This document shows positions 38,281 through 47,549 of a stretch of DNA of 64,000 bases, one piece after another. Made by a program: the position numbers and the translations under genes. Below the pieces are notes generated by a model. It saw only the letters and a list, made by a program, of their open reading frames with translations, was not told the DNA's origin and searched no databases. The DNA lies in NCBI GenBank assembly GCA_913043225.1, contig CAJWLU010000005.1:143797-207796 (forward strand), in the 5' to 3' direction. The number at the start of each line of letters is the position of its first letter. The first letter of the stretch is position 1. This DNA comes from an uncultured Acidobacteriota bacterium (GTDB taxonomy: Bacteria; Acidobacteriota; Vicinamibacteria; Vicinamibacterales; UBA8438).

Positions 38281-39020
38281 GCGGACACACCTCCCAGTTT
38301 CGACGACGCTTCCTGCACCTCCACCCGATAGCGCTCGCGCAAGGTGCCGGTCGCCGGCAGCTCGCGAATCCGGCCATGGCGTAACATCAACGCCCGGTCT
38401 AGAAGACCATCGACGGTATCGAGATCATGGGTCACAACCAGCACGATGCGACCGTCCGTTCTCAGCAACGAGAGCCGGTGCATGAGAGCCGCTACTGCAG
38501 ATTCGTCGAGTCCCGTAAACGGTTCGTCGAGCAAAACCAGCCGCGGCGTGTGCAGCAGCGCACGCTCAAGCGCCAGCCGCTGTCTCATCCCTCGGGAGAA
38601 CCCCTCGACCACATCGTCGGCACGATCGCTGAGCGCCGCCGTCTCCAGCGCCGCCTCGACCCTGGCGTCGACCTTATCGAGTCCGTACATCCCAGCAAAG
38701 AACGCCAGATTCTCACGCGCGGTGAGTTCAGGATAGAGCTGCAGCTCGTGAGACAAGAATCCTATCTGGGCCCTGAGCCTCGTACCTGCCCCGCGAGCGG
38801 TCCACTTGCCGTAACGCACCTCGCCAAAAGAAGGTTCGGCCAGCGTGCTGAGCACGCCCAGGAGAGTGGACTTTCCGGCACCATTGGGGCCCACGAGCCC
38901 AACGATCTCACCGCCACGGCAGCAGAGCGACACGTGCCGAAGCGCCCGCCGCCGACCATAGGACCGGGACACTCCGCTGGCAACTACCTGGTCGAAATCG
39001 AGATGCGAAGGACGGGGCAC
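38277..39020 (-). CDS. ccmA: Heme ABC exporter ATP-binding protein
   Basis: GPNGAGKST, FSRGMRQR, LLDEP; GTG start with AGGAG; precedes ccmB. Confidence 0.88.
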   Translation of the reverse strand: MPRPSHLDFDQVVASGVSRSYGRRRALRHVSLCCRGGEIVGLVGPNGAGKSTLLGVLSTLAEPSFGEVRYGKWTARGAGTRLRAQIGFLSHELQLYPELTARENLAFFAGMYGLDKVDARVEAALETAALSDRADDVVEGFSRGMRQRLALERALLHTPRLVLLDEPFTGLDESAVAALMHRLSLLRTDGRIVLVVTHDLDTVDGLLDRALMLRHGRIRELPATGTLRERYRVEVQEASSKLGGVSA

Positions 39021-39039
39021 GAGAGCTCCTCGCCAGCCG

Positions 39040-40242
39040 CTAAGACGCGGGATCGGGCACCGGCCCCGTGTCGAGGTCCCGCAGCACGCGCTCCAGCTGG
39101 CCGACGAGTTCCGCCCGTCGCGTGCCGTACCGGGTCGGACGGCTCTTGCCCTCGCGATGCTGGCGCTCCACCTTCGCCAGTTCGGTAAACAGCTTCTCGC
39201 GGCGGCGTTCCAGCTGCGCCTGTCGAACGGCATCCGCGTCGGGCACCGTTCCCCCACTGGCGCCGATGCCACCCGCCAGCAAGATAAGGCCAGACAGGCT
39301 AAGCGTCAGAATCCGCGGCCAGCCCGGATGATGCGGGAGACCGGTGAGCTCTAGCGTCACCGGCTGCCCGGCGGCTACTCGATTGCCCGCTGCCCACAGC
39401 AGTGCAGAGGCGCCGGTCTGGTCTTCGCCCATCTCACCTCGACGGTCGATCAGGGTCGAGTCGACCTCAATGCCGCCCCACTTTTCGATGAACACCAGTA
39501 ACTGGTCGAATGCGGCAGGAAACGCCTGTGACACAGCCACCTCGCCGGACCCGTACGGAAGGATGTAGGCTACCCGCACCGGCGTCACCCCGGGCTGGAA
39601 TCCTCCCGCCACCGAGACATTCGGACCATCGATGAGCGTCCGCGGGGACGACCCCTGCAACGCAGTGGTGGACTGCGCTCCGGACGGAAAGGAAAACTCG
39701 AAGGCGGGTTGCGGCTCGACAGGACTGTCTGCAAGGTTCACCACATCGAGCAGGTAATAGACCTCGAGGACCTCCTCGCCCAGTTCAATCAGAATCCGAG
39801 AATCGCCGCCCAGGGTCACGGTACCAGGCACGCGCGGCGGCTCTGGGTCGGCGCCCGGGAGCGCGCCCACCAACATCACGGCCACCCCTCCGCGCCCCGG
39901 CGCGGAGAACGGCTGCGACTCAAGTGTCTGTCCGTCCAGCATGGTCGCCACGCGCACCTGAGACCCCGGACTCAGGCTGCTGAAGGAGGCGCGGCCTTCG
40001 GCGTCGGTCACGGCCGTCGACACGGCGTCGCCTGCCAACAGGTCCACTGGATGGTCGACGACGTTGTTGGCGAAACTTCCGCGGATAACACGGACCGTGA
40101 TCGACCCATCCGACAGGTTCGGGTCTGGGCGGGGGATGCCGGACATCTGTCGAGGGTCCGGCTGGGCGGACGCACCCGCGGCCACTACGCACACCAGCAC
40201 CGCCGCGGCACCCAGCGACCAAACGTTACTCCGTCCCAACAT
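39040..40242 (-). CDS. Hypothetical membrane-anchored periplasmic protein in the ccm operon
   Basis: Signal peptide, TDAEGRA.F (carboxypeptidase-regulatory-like fold), C-terminal TM, then RREKLF.EL...LD coiled tail. Confidence 0.7.
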   Translation of the reverse strand: MLGRSNVWSLGAAAVLVCVVAAGASAQPDPRQMSGIPRPDPNLSDGSITVRVIRGSFANNVVDHPVDLLAGDAVSTAVTDAEGRASFSSLSPGSQVRVATMLDGQTLESQPFSAPGRGGVAVMLVGALPGADPEPPRVPGTVTLGGDSRILIELGEEVLEVYYLLDVVNLADSPVEPQPAFEFSFPSGAQSTTALQGSSPRTLIDGPNVSVAGGFQPGVTPVRVAYILPYGSGEVAVSQAFPAAFDQLLVFIEKWGGIEVDSTLIDRRGEMGEDQTGASALLWAAGNRVAAGQPVTLELTGLPHHPGWPRILTLSLSGLILLAGGIGASGGTVPDADAVRQAQLERRREKLFTELAKVERQHREGKSRPTRYGTRRAELVGQLERVLRDLDTGPVPDPAS

Positions 40243-40879
40243 CGTTCCCCAGCGGCTCCCCGCACTCCTTGCAGAACCGAGCATCCTCATCATTGCGCGT
40301 GCCGCAGGATAAGCACGTCCCGACGAGGGCCAAGCTCGAGGCATCCTCGGCAGTCTCGACGGCAACCGACTCGCTCTCCCGTTCCAGCGGAGCGTCAGTA
40401 CCGAGCCGCTCAGCCAGCTCCCGCTCAATCACAGCCAGAAAATCCACCGCCTCAGTATCGAGCTGCTTCATCAACCCGAGCGCCCTGAGACGGAGACGCC
40501 GTTGTATTTCGGCGAAGTCGTCGTCGGCCACCTTACCCATCGCGCGATCGAACTCGAGCTCCTTGATGGACCGCAGTACCAGAGTTTTCTCGCGGTCCAC
40601 CGCCGCCCGGCTGCGCGACCCCACCATCGGCGTGGCTTCCTCAAAATCGCGAGCCATCAACGGGCGTACGGTGCGATAGACCATCAAGCCGACGAACGCG
40701 GCCGACGCGACAGTCAGCGTCAGCATGATCAGGACGACCACGCTTGGTGGCCGAGCGACGACCACGGCCAGCGTCGCCGCCAGCATCGCCGCGGTCGCAA
40801 ACAGGTGCCAAGGACGGAACGATGAGGTCGGCGGCAAGCTGGTCGAGGTGCCTCGGGCCGGCTCGGGGTTGCCGGTCAT
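40226..40879 (-). CDS. Membrane protein with CcmI-N-like segment and C-terminal zinc ribbon
   Basis: Two TM helices; IKELEFD...GKV..DDF; CLSCG.RND.DARFCKECG. Confidence 0.75.
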   Translation of the reverse strand: MTGNPEPARGTSTSLPPTSSFRPWHLFATAAMLAATLAVVVARPPSVVVLIMLTLTVASAAFVGLMVYRTVRPLMARDFEEATPMVGSRSRAAVDREKTLVLRSIKELEFDRAMGKVADDDFAEIQRRLRLRALGLMKQLDTEAVDFLAVIERELAERLGTDAPLERESESVAVETAEDASSLALVGTCLSCGTRNDEDARFCKECGEPLGNDVGTE

Positions 40880-40898
40880 TGGTGGTGACTATTCCTAC

Positions 40899-43388
40899 TC
40901 AGTCGAGGTCGCGCAACTCATCGTCGAGGCGCGCCTCCAGCTGTTCGTCGAGGCCACCGGCCCCGGCGGCTAGAACCGCCGGTCCGGCCGTGTGACGCGT
41001 CCAGCGAACCAGCGCGCCCCCGAGGGCCAGCGCGGCGGTGAGCGCGAGCAGATACGGAAAGAGCCAGGCCAAGCGGTTGAAGCCTTGGTCGAGTGGAGCG
41101 GCCAACGCCTCCTGACTGTTGTGTTTGTCGACGTAGAACTGGAACACCTCGTCTCGAGTCATCCCCTCGGCCACCAGATTCGACAGCTCTTCGCGGGTCT
41201 CGGCCGCCGTGGCGCACGTGCACTCGGCCAGGATCTTCTTGCCGCACCCCGGGCTGCCGCACATACAGACGAGCGACCTCCGAAGGTCCATCTCGAGTTC
41301 GCTGGTGGCCGGATTGACCTCTTGGAGCGCTCCCTGAAGCTGCTGGGCGGAAAGAGGCACGGCGCCGGAGAGCGTCAGCCCCGCCACCAGCGCCAGCGTA
41401 GAGGCCGTCGCGGCGCCCTTCGGTACCGTCGCGCCGGCAAAGGCGAACGTGCTCTCCGGGAGCAAGGCGATACCGGTGCCAAACGCCAGGACCGCAAACC
41501 CGAACCAGATCCAGTTCACGAGCGGGTTGACCGTGATCTGGAAACTGGCTGCCTGATCGGCGAACTCGTAGCCCGCGAGAACGATATATAGGTCCTCGGC
41601 AACCGTGCGATGCATCGCTACTTCGGTCGTGGGCTGATCCTCGTGCTTGAAAAAGAACCAGCGTGCCGGGTACTGCTCGCCCACGGCCTCACCATCTTTG
41701 AACACGGTCATGTGCGCCGTGATCGCCTGCTTGCGGTCGTCCGTGTTCTGGCTCAGGCGGTCATACCGGACCGAATAGCGTCCTATTTCGTGGGTCTCTC
41801 CAGGATTGAGCAGGACCTGCGAATCGAGCTTGTAGCCAGACCCTGCGAAGCCGAGGAACATCAGCACGATGCCCACGTGGACGATATAGCCGCCGTAGCG
41901 CCGTCTCGAGCGCGCCACCAAACCGATCATTGAGGTCATCAAGCCGGCGCCGGTGGCCTCGCGGCGCACGGCCGCACCCCGCACGAACTCCTGCGCGATC
42001 GTGCCAGCGACGAACGCACACAGCGAGAAACACAGTCCGGAGACCCACACCCGAAATCCCGCCGCGTACAGGGAGGCCCCGGTCACCAACGCCGCCGTCA
42101 CCGGCCAAATGAACTGCTGGCGCAGGTTCCCAAGACTCGATTGCCGCCACGCAAGGAGTGGCCCTATGCCCGTCAAGGTCAGCAGCATCAGTCCAATCGG
42201 CAGCATCCACTTCGTGAAGAACGGCGGTCCGACGGTCAGGCGATCTCCTGTCACCGCTTCGCTAAGGGTCGGGAACATCGTGGCAAACAGCACGAAGACC
42301 GCCGAGAACAAGAGGATCCAGTTGTTCACCAGGAACGCCGCCTCCCGGGACACCCAGGACTCGAGTTCGTTCCGGGCCCGCAACAACGGCAGCCGGTAGA
42401 TGACCAGACCGAAGCTGAATACGAGCAGTACCACCATGAAGACCGTGAACATGTAGGTCAACGTGGTGTCCTGGCCGAAGGCATGCACCGATTGCACGAT
42501 CCCGGAGCGGGTCATGAACGTCCCAAAGATAGTGAGAAAGAACGTCATGATGACCAGGGTCATATTCCAGACCCTGAGCATGCTGCGCTGCTCCTGCACC
42601 CTAATCGAATGCAGAAACGCGGTGGCGGTGAACCAGGGGAGCAAGGCCGCGTTCTCGACCGGGTCCCAGCCCCAGTAGCCGCCCCATCCGAGCTCCTCAT
42701 AGGCCCAGATCATGCCGAGCGTAAGGCCGAGCGTGAGGAAAATCCAAGCGATCATCGTCCACCGCCGCACCGCTCGAAGCCAGGAGTCATCCAGCTGGCC
42801 AGTGATCAACGCCGCGATCCCGAACGCGAAGGGAATCGTCATCCCGACGAACCCAATGTAGAGCGACGGCGGATGCACCGCCATGTAGAAGTTCTGCAGC
42901 AACGGGTTCAGTCCGCGCCCATCGACAGGTGTCTCAAGCAAGTAGGTTGAAAACGGGTTCTTGTGAACGATCATCACGAACAGAAAGAACATCTGCACGC
43001 CTGAGATGACCGCCACGACATAGGGAATCAGCTCCCGCTGCCGCTCTCGATTCGAGTAGACCGCCAGCGACCCGAAAATCGCCAGCAGCGTCACCCAAAA
43101 CATGATCGATCCATCAAGCCCACCCCAGTAGGAGGTCAGCTGGTAGAACAGCGGCTGCGCCGTATCCGAATTCAGATTGACGTAGCGAATCGAATAGTCC
43201 TCCGTGACGAAGGCGTGGATGATGATGGCCGACGCCAGCAACATCAGCGCACACACTACATAAGACGCGCCGATCCCACTCTCGATGAGTCGGGACGAGC
43301 GTCGACGTGCGCCGACCACCGAGATGGCAGCGGCGTAGCTGCCAATGATGAAAGCTGCAAGCAGGGTGAAGGAACCGAGGGATGCCAT
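40899..43388 (-). CDS. ccmF: Heme lyase CcmF fused to a C-terminal Cys-rich CcmH-like domain
   Basis: GLNPLLQ, HPP.LY.G, WAY.ELGWGGYWGWDPVEN, SVHAF, YGGYIVH; C-terminus LVCMCGSPGC...ECTC, LA.P...GFN.LAW..P. Confidence 0.92.
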   Translation of the reverse strand: MASLGSFTLLAAFIIGSYAAAISVVGARRRSSRLIESGIGASYVVCALMLLASAIIIHAFVTEDYSIRYVNLNSDTAQPLFYQLTSYWGGLDGSIMFWVTLLAIFGSLAVYSNRERQRELIPYVVAVISGVQMFFLFVMIVHKNPFSTYLLETPVDGRGLNPLLQNFYMAVHPPSLYIGFVGMTIPFAFGIAALITGQLDDSWLRAVRRWTMIAWIFLTLGLTLGMIWAYEELGWGGYWGWDPVENAALLPWFTATAFLHSIRVQEQRSMLRVWNMTLVIMTFFLTIFGTFMTRSGIVQSVHAFGQDTTLTYMFTVFMVVLLVFSFGLVIYRLPLLRARNELESWVSREAAFLVNNWILLFSAVFVLFATMFPTLSEAVTGDRLTVGPPFFTKWMLPIGLMLLTLTGIGPLLAWRQSSLGNLRQQFIWPVTAALVTGASLYAAGFRVWVSGLCFSLCAFVAGTIAQEFVRGAAVRREATGAGLMTSMIGLVARSRRRYGGYIVHVGIVLMFLGFAGSGYKLDSQVLLNPGETHEIGRYSVRYDRLSQNTDDRKQAITAHMTVFKDGEAVGEQYPARWFFFKHEDQPTTEVAMHRTVAEDLYIVLAGYEFADQAASFQITVNPLVNWIWFGFAVLAFGTGIALLPESTFAFAGATVPKGAATASTLALVAGLTLSGAVPLSAQQLQGALQEVNPATSELEMDLRRSLVCMCGSPGCGKKILAECTCATAAETREELSNLVAEGMTRDEVFQFYVDKHNSQEALAAPLDQGFNRLAWLFPYLLALTAALALGGALVRWTRHTAGPAVLAAGAGGLDEQLEARLDDELRDLD

Positions 43389-43529
43389 CGTCGTCGACCT
43401 CGAGTCACGAGCTCGGCCACCGTATCGACATGCGCCGAGCGGGTGACCGAGGGACAGAAACGACGCCCGGGCCCAGTCGGCCTGGCGGCCATGCCGCCGT
43501 CGCCAGGCGCGAGACCTGAAGCGAGGGCG

Positions 43530-43952
43530 CTAGGACTTTGAGTCGTTCGGGTCCAGGGTAGGTGCGGTTTCGTACTTCGACGGGCACTTCGCCATCACAC
43601 CATTCGGCTTCACGACGAAGCCGTGCGGGCTGAGCTGCCCCGAGATGACGACCTCCGAACCGTCCTGGAACGTATCGGGCACGATCCCGGTGTACTCGGC
43701 GTTGATCACTTCGCCCTTGCTCTCGACCTGGAAGCGGTAATCCAGGGTGTTCGGCTTCCGCATCCGGGACCCTTCGACGACCCACCCGTGGACCTGCAGA
43801 TTCTTCCCGTACCATTCGTCGGGGTTGGCCATCACCTCTTCCACATGCATGTAGTACTCGGTGCCTTCGGCCAGCGTACCCCAGAGGAGGCCCACGAAGG
43901 CAGCCGTGAGCACCGCGGTGGTGAGGAGCGTCTTCACGGTCTTGGTTGGCAT
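43530..43952 (-). CDS. ccmE: Heme chaperone CcmE, CXXXY variant
   Basis: N-terminal TM; YTGIVPDTF.DG.EVV; AKCPSKY in place of AKHDENY. Confidence 0.9.
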   Translation of the reverse strand: MPTKTVKTLLTTAVLTAAFVGLLWGTLAEGTEYYMHVEEVMANPDEWYGKNLQVHGWVVEGSRMRKPNTLDYRFQVESKGEVINAEYTGIVPDTFQDGSEVVISGQLSPHGFVVKPNGVMAKCPSKYETAPTLDPNDSKS

Positions 43953-44112
43953 AAGGACTTTAATCCCTTGAACTTGGATCTCTCAGGCGGTTGCCCCGCA
44001 AGGATACCGTGGCTGGCCACCAGGGGTCAATCAGCTGGAGCCTCTGCGGTATGTTTCACACCGGTAACGCGCCCGCGGTGACGACAACGCCTACCCCAGA
44101 TCGACAGCCGCC

Positions 44113-44220
44113 GTGAGGTGGACGACCGTGGTGGCTACCGCCATCGGCGCGCTGTTCGGCTTCTACCCGACGCAACAGGCAGCGCGGATGGACCCGATTG
44201 ACAGGGCACGCCAAGAAAAG
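44113..44220 (+). pseudogene. Remnant C-terminus of a MacB/FtsX-type ABC permease
   Basis: IGALFGFYPTQQAARMDPIDRARQE matches the G.FFG.YPA..AA.LDPI.ALR.E tail; no upstream body. Confidence 0.65.
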
Positions 44221-44225
44221 TGCCT

Positions 44226-44789
44226 TCAGGTGGCGAGCGACCGGATCAAGGTGTCGACGAGAGCGATCGGCAACCCTACGACATTGGAGTACGAACCGAC
44301 GATGCCGGTCACGAAGCGAGACGCCCGCCCCTGGATGGCATAGGCGCCCGCTTTCCCGTTCGGCTCACCGCTGTCGACGTACCAGGCAATCTCGTCCGGC
44401 CTAAGCGAACGGAAGGTAACCTCCGTGCTCGCGATCTCGCACCGTAACCTTTGGCCCCCGATGAGCGCCACTCCGGTCAACACCTGGTGCGTTCGTCCTG
44501 ACAATCGCCGCAGCATCGAGGTCGCGACTGCGTCGCTCTCAGGTTTTCCCAGTACATCGCCATCGACAACGACCACGGTATCGGCACCCAGCACAAGTGC
44601 ATCCGGGTGCGAAACGGCTACAACGCGGGCCTTTTCGCCAGCCAGTCGCGCGACGTGGTCAGACGGTGACTCGCCGGGATGCAGCCGCTCGTCGATATTC
44701 GCCGGCTCGACAGTGAATCGATACCCGGAGGTGGTCAGCAGATCGGCACGCCGCGGCGATTGGGACGCGAGGACGAGGTTGTCAGTCAC
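44226..44789 (-). CDS. maf: Maf family nucleotide pyrophosphatase
   Basis: LASQSPRR, LGADTVV, LGKP, KAGAY.IQG, NVVGLP. Confidence 0.93.
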   Translation of the reverse strand: MTDNLVLASQSPRRADLLTTSGYRFTVEPANIDERLHPGESPSDHVARLAGEKARVVAVSHPDALVLGADTVVVVDGDVLGKPESDAVATSMLRRLSGRTHQVLTGVALIGGQRLRCEIASTEVTFRSLRPDEIAWYVDSGEPNGKAGAYAIQGRASRFVTGIVGSYSNVVGLPIALVDTLIRSLAT

Positions 44790-44883
44790 CGCCGGATGAT
44801 ACAGTAGGGTCGCGCGCGTCTAAGACGACCCGCCGTCGGGTCTGGAGCGCGTGACTACGGTCTAGTACTGTCCACCAAAGCAA

Positions 44884-45222
44884 ATGATCGCTACGCAGGA
44901 ATGCGTCGTGCCGGCGCTTCGCCGGATGCTCGATACGCAGCCTCTGAGCCCAGGCAAAGTGCAGCTGGCCTGGTTCGCCACGGTGGGCCAGACCATCGAC
45001 CGCAGCACCCAGGTATCGCTGGACGAAGACGGCACCTTGCGCGTTCAGGCCAGAGACAGACACTGGGCGCGCGAGCTCGCGCGGTCCAGCCGCCTGATCC
45101 GAGCCGAGGTCAACCGCCTGCTGGACAACGCGGTTACGGCCATAGAAGTGACAACCGACACCACCAGTGATCCCGTGCCCACCGACCGGGTGCGTGCGGG
45201 CCGGTCTCGGTCCAGGAGATAG
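44884..45222 (+). CDS. DciA / DUF721 family protein
   Basis: W...VG..I, G.L.V, WAREL, size about 110 aa. Confidence 0.72.
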   Translation: MIATQECVVPALRRMLDTQPLSPGKVQLAWFATVGQTIDRSTQVSLDEDGTLRVQARDRHWARELARSSRLIRAEVNRLLDNAVTAIEVTTDTTSDPVPTDRVRAGRSRSRR

Positions 45223-45227
45223 GCGAC

Positions 45228-46412
45228 ATGCAGGAATCGGTCATTGTGAGCGCGGTCAGGCTACCCACTGGAAAGTTTATGGGTACCCTTCGCAGCCTAC
45301 CAGCCCCTGAACTCGGAGCCCGGGTCATCCGGGAGGCGGTCGCGAGAGCGGGCATCGAAGCCGACATCGTAGACGAGTGCATCATGGGTAACGTCGTGTC
45401 CGCGGGCGCCGGCCAAGCGCCAGCCAGACAGGCTGCCCTCAAGGGCGGGCTTGCCGATCACGTTGCCGCCTTGACCATCAACAAAGTGTGCGGGTCCGGC
45501 CTGAAGGCGGTAATGCTAGCCGCTCAGGGTATTGCGACCGGCGACATCGAGGTGGCGGTCGCCGGCGGAATGGAATCAATGAGCGGCTGCCCGTATCTGC
45601 TGCCGCGTGCCCGGGAAGGCTTCCGCATGGGTCACACCGAGGCGCTCGACTCGATGATTCATGACGGCCTGTGGTGCTCGCTTGAGAACCAGAACATGGG
45701 CCTGGCTTGTGAGGCGGTCGTCGAGAAGTATGGCGTCAGCCGCGAAGACCAGGACACCTTCGCAGCGACAAGCCATCAGCGAGCGGCACGCGCCATCAAC
45801 GAGTCCTTCTTCAAAGACGAGATCCTGCCGGTCGAGGTCCCACAACGGAAGGGCGACCCCGTCCGATTCGAGCACGACGAGGGCGTACGTCCGGACGCCA
45901 GCGCCGAAACCCTCGGTCGGCTACGCCCAGCCTTCAAGAAAGATGGAGGCACCGTCACCGCCGGTAACGCACCCGGCGTCAACGACGGCGCCGCCGCGGT
46001 AGTGGTTATGTCAGCCGCGCGGGCCGAGTCGCTCGGCCTGACGCCGATCGTGCGCATCGTTGGGCAGGCTGTGAGCGGCCTGGCGCCGAAGTGGTTGCTG
46101 ATGACCCCGGTTCAGGCTGTACAGAAACTGCTAACGAAGACCGGCTGGTCCCTCGGCGACGTTGACCTCATCGAGCTGAACGAGGCGTTCGCTGCGCAGG
46201 CTGTGGCCGTGATTCGCGAGCTCGGCGCCGATCCAGAGAAGGTGAACGTCAACGGCGGCGCGGTGGCGCTGGGGCACCCGATCGGGGCCAGCGGCGCCAG
46301 GATCCTGACCACGCTTCTCTATGCGATGAAGAGCCGTGGCGCCAAGCGTGGCATCGCCACCCTCTGTCTGGGTGGGGGCAACGGGGTGGCGATGGCGGTC
46401 GAGACGGTCTAA
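45228..46412 (+). CDS. atoB: Acetyl-CoA C-acetyltransferase (thiolase)
   Basis: [33 protein letters not shown]. Confidence 0.93.
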   Translation: MQESVIVSAVRLPTGKFMGTLRSLPAPELGARVIREAVARAGIEADIVDECIMGNVVSAGAGQAPARQAALKGGLADHVAALTINKVCGSGLKAVMLAAQGIATGDIEVAVAGGMESMSGCPYLLPRAREGFRMGHTEALDSMIHDGLWCSLENQNMGLACEAVVEKYGVSREDQDTFAATSHQRAARAINESFFKDEILPVEVPQRKGDPVRFEHDEGVRPDASAETLGRLRPAFKKDGGTVTAGNAPGVNDGAAAVVVMSAARAESLGLTPIVRIVGQAVSGLAPKWLLMTPVQAVQKLLTKTGWSLGDVDLIELNEAFAAQAVAVIRELGADPEKVNVNGGAVALGHPIGASGARILTTLLYAMKSRGAKRGIATLCLGGGNGVAMAVETV

Positions 46413-46455
46413 GCCCCCATAGGGCTTCGCCCCACGGAGCGCGCCATGCGCGCCC
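46411..46455. terminator. Hairpins between convergent genes
   Basis: AAGCCC/GGGCTT stem and a GC-rich GCGC/GCGC stem in the short convergent gap. Confidence 0.4.
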
Positions 46456-47549
46456 TAGTCTGTATCCTCGAACTTCCAGAACGCGATCCCACCCGCCTGC
46501 TTGCCAATGTCGACGGCGCCGACCCGCTCGCCGCTGTGTACGGCGTAGACCTCGACCGTACCGGGATCTGCGCCCACGCCCTCGAGGGTTACGAAAGCGT
46601 ACTGGCCGTCGGACGTCACCACCACCCCGTGCGGGATGGTCCGACTGGTCTCCGCCCGGGCCACCTCCAGACCCGTCGATAGGTCCCAAAACCCGACGGC
46701 ATCGTCGCTCTTGTAGGTGGCCACCAGGAATCGGCCGTCTGGGGTGACGTCGAGGTTGTAGGGACCAGCACCGGTCTCGAACGTCCGCGTAATCTCCCAC
46801 GCATCGAGGTCAACCTCGAAGACCTTCGCTACATTGCTCCCGGTAACATAGACCTTCCGGTCGGCCGTTGGCGCGGTCACCCAAGTTGGCATTACACCCT
46901 CGCCCAGCGTCAACCGTCGCGCAATCTCGAAACCGAGCGCATCGAGCTCGATCAGCTCGAAGTCCATCATATTCACTGAGTAGAACAACTCGCCATCGCG
47001 GGACAACCGTCCGCCATGCGGACGGATCCCGGTGTCAACCCTGGCGACCTCGCTCATCGTCTCGGTTTCGACCACGGAGATGCCACTCGGCTCGAGCGGA
47101 CCATGCAGGTTGAAGTTCACGACATACAGCAGACCGGTCGTCGACGAGATATCTAGAGTGGCCGGAAACAGCCCGAGGGTGACATCACCCACCCACTCGT
47201 CGGTACCAGTCTCGTATCTATGGACGCTGCCGTACGGAAACCCATGGGCCATCGAGACGTACCAATGGCGTCCGTCCGGGTCGATGTTAATCCCGTGTGG
47301 CCCCTCAATTTCGGTCGGAAAACTCCCGACCGTGACCGTCTTCATCACCTCAGCTCCGCCTGGCCCAAACCGAACCAGCGCGACCTCGTCGTCCGACTCC
47401 GCCGCGACATAGACGTAGTAGTTTCGCGTGGGCGGCTCCGGCGCCCCTGCCGCCCAGCTCGTTCCCGTCACCGCCAGCGACACCAGCAACGCCGACACCG
47501 TCATCGTGGCTAAAGCCCAGCGCCCACAACCCAAAGCCGCTTTCTTCAC
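46455..47549 (-). CDS. YncE/YVTN-type beta-propeller secreted protein
   Basis: Signal peptide; repeated PHG/PY motifs, V.PDG. Confidence 0.82.
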   Translation of the reverse strand: MKKAALGCGRWALATMTVSALLVSLAVTGTSWAAGAPEPPTRNYYVYVAAESDDEVALVRFGPGGAEVMKTVTVGSFPTEIEGPHGINIDPDGRHWYVSMAHGFPYGSVHRYETGTDEWVGDVTLGLFPATLDISSTTGLLYVVNFNLHGPLEPSGISVVETETMSEVARVDTGIRPHGGRLSRDGELFYSVNMMDFELIELDALGFEIARRLTLGEGVMPTWVTAPTADRKVYVTGSNVAKVFEVDLDAWEITRTFETGAGPYNLDVTPDGRFLVATYKSDDAVGFWDLSTGLEVARAETSRTIPHGVVVTSDGQYAFVTLEGVGADPGTVEVYAVHSGERVGAVDIGKQAGGIAFWKFEDTD

